Assembly (NCBI GenBank): GCA_977017645.1
Contig: OZ360241.1
Coordinates: forward strand, 34,162,001-34,226,000
Reading direction: 5' to 3'
Length of the DNA: 64,000 nt
Source: Torpedo marmorata
Lineage: Eukaryota
The position numbers were made by a program, and so were the translations under genes. Below the pieces are notes generated by a model. The model saw nothing but the letters and a program-made list of their open reading frames with translations, ran no database searches and had not been told where the DNA came from. Positions 57,001 to 64,000 of the stretch are shown piece by piece; within the stretch, counting starts at the first letter, position 1, and every line of letters begins with the position of its first letter.

Positions 57001-60000
57001 GCATGCCACATTAATATTTACTTTCCTGCCTCCAAGGGACATTAAAAACTTCCAGCAAAGCATTTTTTTTTCATCAGACTCTGCCACTTACTCCAACTTT
57101 CTCTTTCAAATACCATACTTTTTATTATTGAATGTTATTTTTAATAGATTGCAAATTTCTAGTTATAATAAGGCTTTTATATTTATTTTTGACTTTTAAG
57201 TTAACATTTTAAACTTTGGTTTAAGTTAGCGTTTAAATTCACTGGTACCATATCTCCATATCATTTATAAAGTGATCCAATTATATTAATTAGCATTACT
57301 GTAACAGCAAATTTAAATCAGGGCTCATGAAAAATAGAGAACTCCAAATGTGATAAATCTGAAATAAAAATTGAGCATGTTTAAACAGTCAACAGATCAA
57401 GTAACACATGTGGAAAGAGAAAAGAAAGATCTTCCACCTGACATGTAATGCGCAAAAGTGCTGGAGAAACTCAGCAGGTCACGCAGAATCCATGTGAAGT
57501 AAAGGGTAAACAATGTTTCAGGCCTGGGCCCTTCATCAGGAATCGTTGGTTACCCGTTTCTTTCTTTGGATGCTGTGTGGCCTGCTGAGTTTGCGTTCTG
57601 CACTCAATTCCAGCATCCGCAGATTTTCTTGTTTCGCCCCAATCTTCCACCTGAAGCATTTTTCCACAGATGTTGCTGTGTTTCCAGCATTTTTGGTTTT
57701 ATTATAAAACATGGCCATATTTGAGAAAAAAACCAGTGTATCATAATGACATCTTTATTCCCACAGTCAGTAATGATCTATCCACTAAGCCATCAGATTT
57801 TGTGCATAAAATTGTCAAATATTTAAGTTATGAAAACCATCCTTAAATAAAATCAACCACCTATAAAGTGCATGAATGTAATTAGTTAAATAATTTTCAT
57901 TTTAATATCCTCCAGTTTTTCCTATATTTCATAATTATCATAATCACCAATTCTGATGAAGTCTCCTTCACCAGAAGTGCTGTTTCTCTTCCCTCTGCTG
58001 CTGTCTGACCTGCGAACTAAAAGAGTGCAGCATTTTCTGTTTTAGTTTTCCAGGATCTACAGTTTTATGCTCCAAATAAAATGTTCTTGTTTGGCAGTGC
58101 TACAAGCAGTCACAAGACCAAAGTGCATGCAGTCTGTACATTCAACAATACTTCTGCTGTGGAGAATGTGGATAGAGTAATGGTGTATCATCAGATCAGT
58201 AACAAGACAAAGAACATCAGTGTTTTGGGACCCTATACTCTGGACAACAACAGCCTCCATGTAAATGGTACGAAATACCTGGTCTTTTTTTGCATTATAT
58301 CCTGGAAACCATATTGTAACCTCAGATAATATATTAATGTGTTGAATCATTTTTACTCTTATATTTCCAAATGGAATTCTTGCATTAATCAGTGATCCTT
58401 AATTCCCGACTCCGTAACCAGCAAAAACATTTCCTATCCATTCCATGAGTCCTCCTACTGCCTTGATATGGCAATCAAATCAAACCTTGACCTTTTTGTT
58501 TGTGTAATCTCTATCTATAAACTAACCCCAGAAGTCAGGTTTCATTCCAGTAAAAATGTGTTTTTTCCCAATCAAGGTGAATATAACCCTGAATATAACT
58601 TTTGCAAGGTGTAGTTAGTGTTTTCAAAAATCTCGGCATTGTCCAACCATGGATTTGCACAATAAAGCACAACTTCTATCCCCTGTGTTCTAGTTTTCTG
58701 CATATAAAAGTATCACTGGCCTTACCTCTTATTATCTGTTCTTGCCCATAACATTTGAAGTAGGCCGAGGTATAAACAACAAAACAATACTGCTGCAGAG
58801 AAGGTGGATGGAGTTACCTTGTACCATCAGTTCAGTAGCAACACAGAGAACATCATGAAATATGGATCTTATATTCTGAATGAAAATAGTCTCGACGTAG
58901 ATAGTACGAAATTTCTTATCATTCTACATATTACAGCAAAGCTTGTTCCAGAATATGTCCAGCAATGTGCCTTTCATTAAACTGTGTGCTGATTTGGTAG
59001 TGTTACCTTCCAACTGAATCCCCTTGAATTCCACTTCCCCACTGGGAGTGCAGTGCTGCATTATTCGTGTGAAAGAAAGGGCTAGTGCAGGTTGGGAAAC
59101 TTGACTTTTACAAGCAAACTGAATTAAAAACTACTGATGCCAGCTGAGAGCAACGTTCAGTATAAGCAAAGTTGCGAGAGTTTCCAATAAACAAGACTGG
59201 TACCCCGTTTACACAGAGATCCCACTTAGTGGCATGTGAACGACCCATGTTTAAAGCCAGGTCGGGTCGTACACACTTAATGAAGGAAAGCTATTGACGA
59301 ATTCATCAGACACTTCATAAGGAATGTAAAAACAATTAAACCAGCTTGTCTGCTTTCTACTGTACAATATAAAAATGAACTTGTAACTGCTGAAATTTAG
59401 AGTTGGTGGTGGTTTAGGCCACTGCAGGCTCTCCATGATATCATTTTAATAAACTCGAGGAGCGAACCTCGATGTATATGTTTTTGAGTGAATTTGTGCA
59501 ACAATTCATTTGAGCTTTTTAACATGTGCACAAAGTCTTCTTGGTTTGATAGAATTAGTGCACCAAATGTAGAAAGTGTTTGACATCAGATTCAGGACAG
59601 CTGTAATTAATGGCATAATGCTGTTGTCTTTTCAGATTATCATGAATCAACACCTACAACCAGTGAGTATGATTTGTGTTGCTTTCATGTATTAATGCTT
59701 CCATACTTTCATTTAAGCAGCACTCCTGATTGATGATGTATGTTGTTTCCCCTTATAGCTCCATGTGAATTGGATTTTGCTCTCTTGTGTGTCGAACAAC
59801 CATTCAGTTAGATTATAGTTTGAAAGTGCCAAACAAAGCCGCAATGCAACAAGGTTGCTAATTTCATTTTTCTTTTTGGCAGAAGTACCAAATAAAAGTG
59901 AATCTCCTGAATTTAATGTGACCTTCACTATAACAAACTTGCCCTACATGGAGTCACTTCAGAACCCGGCGACACCCTTGTTCCAATCAACTTCACAAAC

Positions 60001-63000
60001 AATTACTGAACAGGTAAATAAATGATCAAAGCAATATTCATTAAAATTAATCGTCATTTAATATATTCAGCTCATTGACATTCTCAAAATATCTTTCTTT
60101 CAGCTCACTAACCTACTTAATAACAGCGATATAAATACAACTTTTATAGACTGCAACACAATCTCCTTCAGGTGAGAAATATGCATTATCTTCCTCATTG
60201 TTCAATTAACTAATCTATCCAATAAGCGTCAGGATGGAGGGATCCATCATGTGTTCGGTTCTGAAACGTTGACTGACCACATCTCTCCATGGATGCTGCC
60301 TGACCCACGGAGTCCCTCCAGCTCCTCTTTGTTCACTCAAGATTCCAGCATCTGCAGTGTTTGTGCATCTCTTCATCGGGAATCTCATCCTTGTCTCGGT
60401 GTTTCCTTCTGTACAATTATTTTGTTTCATTTCATTTACTTTCTCCAATGTGTTTGACCTGACTTCTCTGAAATTTCACTCCTCTCTTAAATGGTTGATT
60501 GCTTCAGAATTAATTATCATTTCTGGATTTACTTTCCAATCTTTAATATAACTTTAAAATATTTCTCCATCTGCTTCCTTTACATATTTCCAAAAGTTCC
60601 TACATTAACAATTTTCATTAATAAACTCAAAATCGGATGCATGCCACATTAATATTTACTTTCCTGCCTCCAAGGGACATTAAAAACTTCCAGCTAAGCA
60701 TTTTTTTTTCATCAGACTCTGCCACTTACTCCAACTTTCTCTTTCAAATACCATACTTTTTATTATTGAATGTTATTTTTAATAGATTGCAAATTTCTAG
60801 TTATAATTAAGCTTTTATATTTATTTTTGACTTTTAAGTTAACATTTTAAATTTTGGTTTAAGTTAGCGTTTAAATTCACTGGTACCATATCTCCATATC
60901 ATTTATAAAGTGATCCAATTATAATAATTAGCATTACTGTAACAGCAAATTTAAATCAGGGCTCATGAAAAATAGAGAACTCCAAATGTGATAAATCTGA
61001 AATAAAAATTGAGCATGTTTAAACAGTCAACAGATCAAGTAACACATGTGGAAAGAGAAAAGAAAGATCTTCCACCTGACATGCAATGCGAAAAAGTGCT
61101 GGAGAAACACAGCAGGTCACGCAGAATCCATATGAAGTAAAGGGTAAACAATGTTTCAGGCCTGGGCCCTTCATCAGGAATCGTTGGTTACCCGTTACTT
61201 TCTTTGGATGCTGTGTGGCCTGCTGAGTTTGCGTTCTGCACTCAATTCCAGCATCCGCAGATTTTCTTGTTTCGCCCCAATCTTCCACCTGAAGCATTTT
61301 TCCACAGATGTTGCTGTGTTTCCAGCATTTTTGGTTTTATTATAAAACATGGCCATATTTGAGAATATAACCAGTGTATCATAATGACATCTTTATTCCC
61401 ACAATCAGTAATGATCTATCCACTAAGCCATCAGATTTTGTGCATAAAATTGTCAAATATTTAAGTTATGAAAACCATCCTTAAATAAAATCAACCACCT
61501 ATGAAGTGCATGAATGTAATTAGTTAAATAATTTTCATTTTAATATCCTCCAGTTTTTCCTATATTTCATAATTATCATAATCACCAATTCTGATGAAGT
61601 CTCCTTCACCAGAAGTGCTGTTTCTCTTCCCTCTGCTGCTGTCTGACCTGCGAACTAAAAGAGTGCAGCATTTTCTGTTTTAGTTTTCCAGGATCTACAG
61701 TTTTATGCTCCAAATAAAATGTTCTTGTTTGGCAGTGCTACAAGCAGTCACAAGACCAAAGTGCATGCAGTCTGTACATTCAACAATACTTCTGCTGCGG
61801 AGAATGTGGATAGAGTAATGGTGTATCATCAGATCAGTAACAAGACAAAGAACATCAGTGTTTTGGGACCCTATACTCTGGACAACAACAGCCTCCATGT
61901 AAATGGTACGAAATACCTGGTCTTTTTTTGCATTATATCCTGGAAACCATATTGTAACCTCAGATAATATATTAATGTGTTGAATCATATTTACTCTTAT
62001 ATTTCCAAATGGAATTCTTGCATTAATCAGTGATCCTTAATTCCAGACTCCGTAACCAGCAAAAACATTTCCTATCCATTCCATGAGTCCTCCTACTGCC
62101 TTGATATGGCAATCAAATCAAACCTTGACCTTTTTGTTTGTGTAATCTCTATCTATAAACTAACCCCAGAAGTCAGGTTTCATTCCAGTAAAAATGTGTT
62201 TTTTCCCAATCAAGGTGAATATAACCCTGAATATAACTTTTGCAAGGTGTAGTTAGTGTTTTCAAAAATCTCGGCATTGTCCAACCATGGATTTGCACAA
62301 TAAAGCACAACTTCTATCCCCTGTGTTCTAGTTTTCTGCGTATAAAAGTATCACTGGCCTTACCTGTTATTATCTGTTCTTGCCCATAACATTTGAAGTA
62401 GGCCGAGGTAGATGAACAACAAAACAATACTGCTGCAGAGAAGGTGGATGGAGTTACCTTGTACCATCAGTTCAGTAGCAACACAGAGAACATCATGAAA
62501 TATGGATCTTATATTCTGAATGAAAATAGTCTCGACGTAGATAGTACGAAATTTCTTATCATTCTACATATTACAGCAAAGCTTGTTCCAGAATATGTCC
62601 AGCAATGTGCCTTTCATTAAACTGTGTGCTGATTTGGTAGTGTTACCTTCCAACTGAATCCCCTTGAATTCCACTTCCCCACTGGGAGTGCAGTGCTGCA
62701 TTATTCGTGTGAAAGAAAGGGCTAGTGCAGGTTGGGAAACTTGACTTTTACAAGCAAACTGAATTAAAAACTACTGATGCCAGCTGAGAGCAACGTTCAG
62801 TATAAGCAAAGTTGCGCGAGTTTCCAATAAACAAGACTGGTACCCCGTTTACACAGAGATCCCACTTAGTTGCATGTGAACGACCCATGTTTAAAGCCAG
62901 GTCGGGTCGTACACACTTAATGAAGGAAAGCTGGGTCAGTGCGACCATTTACATAGGAACACGGCATCCGGAGCAAAAGGAGGTGGGACCTGCAGCATTA

Positions 63001-63835
63001 CAGCTTCGTTGTCCTGTGTGATGTATAACGTATGTGCCGGGCAGTGACCTCGTCGCGACCTCGTTACTGCCGTTTTAAGTTTGAATCTCTCGCTGGTATG
63101 TCGTACACATTCAACGTCATCAATGCGTCACAGCCTGCGAAATACATCAGCTCTGATACAACCTACCTTGGCGGGTAATACACGGGATGAAAATGACCTC
63201 CCATCCCGCGTTTGTTGTGTTCACACAGGTAAGTGAAACGGTTAAAAGGCAGTTAATTCCCGTCTTTTAACAGCTGTGTAAAAGGGGTATCGGTCTTAAG
63301 GAAGAAGTGTCTACATTAATTCTGTCAGACTGTTGAACATGTGAGACCAGACTGATTGATCATGGGTCCTGATAAGACTGATTACATTAATCTTGTTAAA
63401 ACACTGTGAAGTATGGTGAAAGACTGATTGAGTTAACCCATTGAAAAATTCATCAGACACCTCCTATTGACGAATTCATCAGACACTTCATAAGGAATGT
63501 AAAAACAATTAAACCAGCTTTTCTGCTTTCTACAGTACAATATAAATATGAACTTGTAACTGCTGAAATTTAGAGTTGGTGGTGGTTTAGGCCACTGCAG
63601 GCTCTCCATGATATCATGTTAATAAACTCGAGGAGCGAACCACGATGTATATGTTTTTGAGTGAATTTGTGCAACATTTCATTTGAGCTTTTTAACATGT
63701 GCACAAAGTCTTCTTGGTTTGATAGAATTAGTGCACCAAATGTAGAAAGTGTTTGACATCAGCTTCAGGACAGCTGTAATTAATGGCATAATGCTGTTGT
63801 CTTTTCAGATTATCATGAATCAACACCTACAACCA
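766..63835 (+). CDS. Internal part of a multi-exon gene encoding a tandem SEA-domain (MUC16/CA125-like) glycoprotein; at least 13 complete 132-aa modules; extends beyond both window ends
   Basis: Four exons per unit with polypyrimidine-AG acceptors and GT donors. Intron phases 1,1,0,2 join into a stop-free 396-nt module. Motifs FNVTFTITNLPY, LFQST, C-x18-C, VDRVMVYHQIS and LGPYTLDNNSL(H/Y)VN parallel MUC16 SEA repeat motifs (FTLNFTITNLxY, LDRExLYWELS, LGPYTLDRxSLYVNG). Orthology to MUC16 is not established. Confidence 0.88.
1355..1500 (+). mobile_element. Degenerate short interspersed repeat of elasmobranch Penelope-like type; present in every unit and the target of the L1 insertion
   Basis: tgaaacgttgact...ggatgctgcctgaccc..gagt.cctccagc...caagattccagcatctgcag resembles a very common shark/ray repeat (recognised from memory, not searched). 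Confidence 0.55.
2197..2422. mobile_element. Inverted pair of Penelope-like repeat fragments flanked by a 13-bp direct repeat (atcttccacctga); carries a hammerhead-core motif on the minus strand; present in every unit
   Basis: Left arm tgctggagaaac(a/t)cagcaggtcac..agaatcca and right arm tggatgctgtgtggcctgctgagttt are inverted relatives; direct repeats at 2197-2209 and 2410-2422 (perfect in most units, one mismatch in unit 1). Confidence 0.6.
3553..3673 (+). pseudogene. Relic (diverged duplicate) of the 3' two-thirds of SEA exon D; present in every unit
   Basis: Translates to NNTAAEKVDGVTLYHQFSSNTENIMKYGSYILNENSLDVD versus exon D NTSAAENVDRVMVYHQISNKTKNISVLGPYTLDNNSLHVN; followed by the same donor context gtacgaaat. 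Confidence 0.8.
3971..4419. mobile_element. 449-bp MITE-like non-autonomous DNA transposon
   Basis: 16-bp terminal inverted repeats taccccgtttacacag / ctgtgtaaaaggggta (1 mismatch); GC- and CpG-rich interior; no credible ORF. Confidence 0.8.
4939..7208 (+). CDS. SEA module unit 2
   Basis: Exons 4939-4965, 5186-5316, 5407-5474, 7039-7208. Confidence 0.88.
8131..8579. mobile_element. MITE copy, unit 2
   Basis: Same TIRs and interior. Confidence 0.8.
9099..13604 (+). CDS. SEA module unit 3 (L1 in intron)
   Basis: Exons 9099-9125, 9346-9476, 9567-9634, 13435-13604; synonymous AGC>AGT in exon D. Confidence 0.87.
9817..12037 (+). mobile_element. 5'-truncated L1-clade LINE (ORF2 RT C-terminal part, CCHC knuckle, 3' UTR, poly(A)); frameshifted
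   Basis: RQGCPLSP, LFADD, KYLGV and MGGL motifs; CFRC-x8-H-x4-C near 11348-11403; G-rich 3' UTR; AATAAA and poly(A) tail; 15-bp target duplication aagattc(t/c)agcatct at 9802-9816 and 12038-12052. Confidence 0.95.
14964..19469 (+). CDS. SEA module unit 4 (L1 in intron)
   Basis: Exons 14964-14990, 15211-15341, 15432-15499, 19300-19469; LHVN>LYVN. Confidence 0.87.
15682..17902 (+). mobile_element. Same truncated L1, unit 4 copy
   Basis: Identical junctions; shares the unit 3 frameshift splitting the ORF into 238 + 221 aa. Confidence 0.95.
20392..20840. mobile_element. MITE copy, unit 4
   Basis: Same TIRs and interior. Confidence 0.8.
21360..23618 (+). CDS. SEA module unit 5
   Basis: Exons 21360-21386, 21607-21737, 21828-21895, 23449-23618. 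Confidence 0.87.
24901..25779 (-). mobile_element. 5'-truncated Rex1/Babar-type non-LTR retrotransposon (RT C-terminal region)
   Basis: ORF 25769-25056 with KFADDTTVVG, LNVSKTKEMIVDFRR, FKFLGV, KKARQRLYF and FYRCTVESIL, preceded by HDCV; 3' end AATAAA plus (TTCTGA)n tail; GTTT duplicated at 24897-24900 and 25780-25783; absent from the same site in all other units. Confidence 0.9.
25872..28141 (+). CDS. SEA module unit 6
   Basis: Exons 25872-25898, 26119-26249, 26340-26407, 27972-28141. Confidence 0.87.
29512..31781 (+). CDS. SEA module unit 7
   Basis: Exons 29512-29538, 29759-29889, 29980-30047, 31612-31781; SAAEN>STAEN. Confidence 0.87.
32717..33165. mobile_element. MITE copy, unit 7 (perfect TIR)
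   Basis: Left TIR taccccttttacacag is the exact reverse complement of the right TIR. Confidence 0.8.
33685..38187 (+). CDS. SEA module unit 8 (L1 in intron)
   Basis: Exons 33685-33711, 33932-34062, 34153-34220, 38018-38187; SAAEN>SAVEN. Confidence 0.87.
34403..36620 (+). mobile_element. Same truncated L1, unit 8 copy
   Basis: Identical junctions; uninterrupted 470-aa ORF 34505-35917. Confidence 0.95.
39123..39571. mobile_element. MITE copy, unit 8
   Basis: Same TIRs and interior. Confidence 0.8.
40091..42354 (+). CDS. SEA module unit 9 (divergent subtype)
   Basis: Exons 40091-40117, 40338-40468, 40555-40622, 42185-42354; six amino-acid changes versus consensus. Confidence 0.87.
43723..48226 (+). 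CDS. SEA module unit 10 (L1 in intron)
   Basis: Exons 43723-43749, 43970-44100, 44191-44258, 48057-48226; SAVEN variant. Confidence 0.87.
44441..46659 (+). mobile_element. Same truncated L1, unit 10 copy
   Basis: Identical junctions; 470-aa ORF 44543-45955. Confidence 0.95.
49162..49609. mobile_element. MITE copy, unit 10
   Basis: Same TIRs and interior. Confidence 0.8.
50129..52393 (+). CDS. SEA module unit 11 (divergent subtype)
   Basis: Exons 50129-50155, 50376-50506, 50593-50660, 52224-52393; same variants as unit 9. Confidence 0.87.
53762..58267 (+). CDS. SEA module unit 12 (L1 in intron)
   Basis: Exons 53762-53788, 54009-54139, 54230-54297, 58098-58267; SAVEN variant. Confidence 0.87.
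54480..56700 (+). mobile_element. Same truncated L1, unit 12 copy
   Basis: Identical junctions; 470-aa ORF 54582-55994. Confidence 0.95.
59636..61905 (+). CDS. SEA module unit 13
   Basis: Exons 59636-59662, 59883-60013, 60104-60171, 61736-61905. Confidence 0.87.
62841..63289. mobile_element. MITE copy, unit 13
   Basis: Same TIRs and interior. Confidence 0.8.
63809..63835 (+). CDS. 27-bp linker microexon of unit 14 (rest of unit outside the window)
   Basis: cttttcag|attatcatgaatcaacacctacaacca|gtgagt. Confidence 0.8.
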
Positions 63836-64000
63836 GTGAGTATGATTTGTGTTGCTTTCATGTATTAATGCTTCCATACTTTCATTTAAGCAGCACTCCT
63901 GATTGATGATGTATGTTGTTTCCCCTCATAGCTCCATGTGAATTGGATTTTGCTCTCTTGTGTGTGGAACAACCATTCAGTTAGATTATAGTTTGAAAGT

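Larger units (their letters stand above)
1..64000. repeat. Tandem genomic repeat array (macrosatellite-like); unit lengths measured exon A to exon A: 4173, 4160, 5865, 6396, 4512, 3640, 4173, 6406, 3632, 6406, 3633, 5874, 4173 bp
   Basis: Exon A (ttttcag|attatcatgaatcaacacctacaacca|gtgagt) recurs at 766, 4939, 9099, 14964, 21360, 25872, 29512, 33685, 40091, 43723, 50129, 53762, 59636 and 63809; introns are near-identical between units. Confidence 0.98.

Noticed and set aside
1-64000. CRISPR array, prokaryotic operon, or cluster of separate paralogous genes
   Set aside because: Repeats are kilobase-scale with spliceosomal introns and vertebrate LINEs; no unit has its own start, stop or promoter, so a single gene is the simplest reading.

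Overview
This is eukaryotic (vertebrate) DNA, most likely from a cartilaginous fish judging by the intronic repeats. The whole window lies inside one + strand, intron-containing gene built from a tandem array of 13 complete and 1 partial near-identical genomic units of 3.6-6.4 kb. Each unit has four GT-AG exons (27, 131, 68 and 170 bp; 396 nt in total) that splice in frame to a 132-aa SEA-domain module of MUC16/CA125 type: DYHESTPTT-KVPNKSESPEFNVTFTITNLPYMESLQNPATPLFQSTSQTITEQ-LTNLLNNSDINTTFIDCNTISF-SATSSHKTKVHAVCTFNNTSAAENVDRVMVYHQISNKTKNISVLGPYTLDNNSLHVN. No start codon, stop codon or transmembrane exon is in the window. Units differ by intronic passengers: a 5'-truncated L1 (5 units, one ancestral insertion), a single young Rex1/Babar LINE, a 449-bp MITE that is intact or cut by a 533-bp deletion, Penelope-like fragments with hammerhead-ribozyme core motifs, and a decayed duplicate of the last SEA exon. 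Marker combinations indicate unequal crossover or conversion between units and a ~10-kb higher-order repeat. Most short ORFs in the supplied track are spurious. Family assignments come from motif recognition, not database searches.
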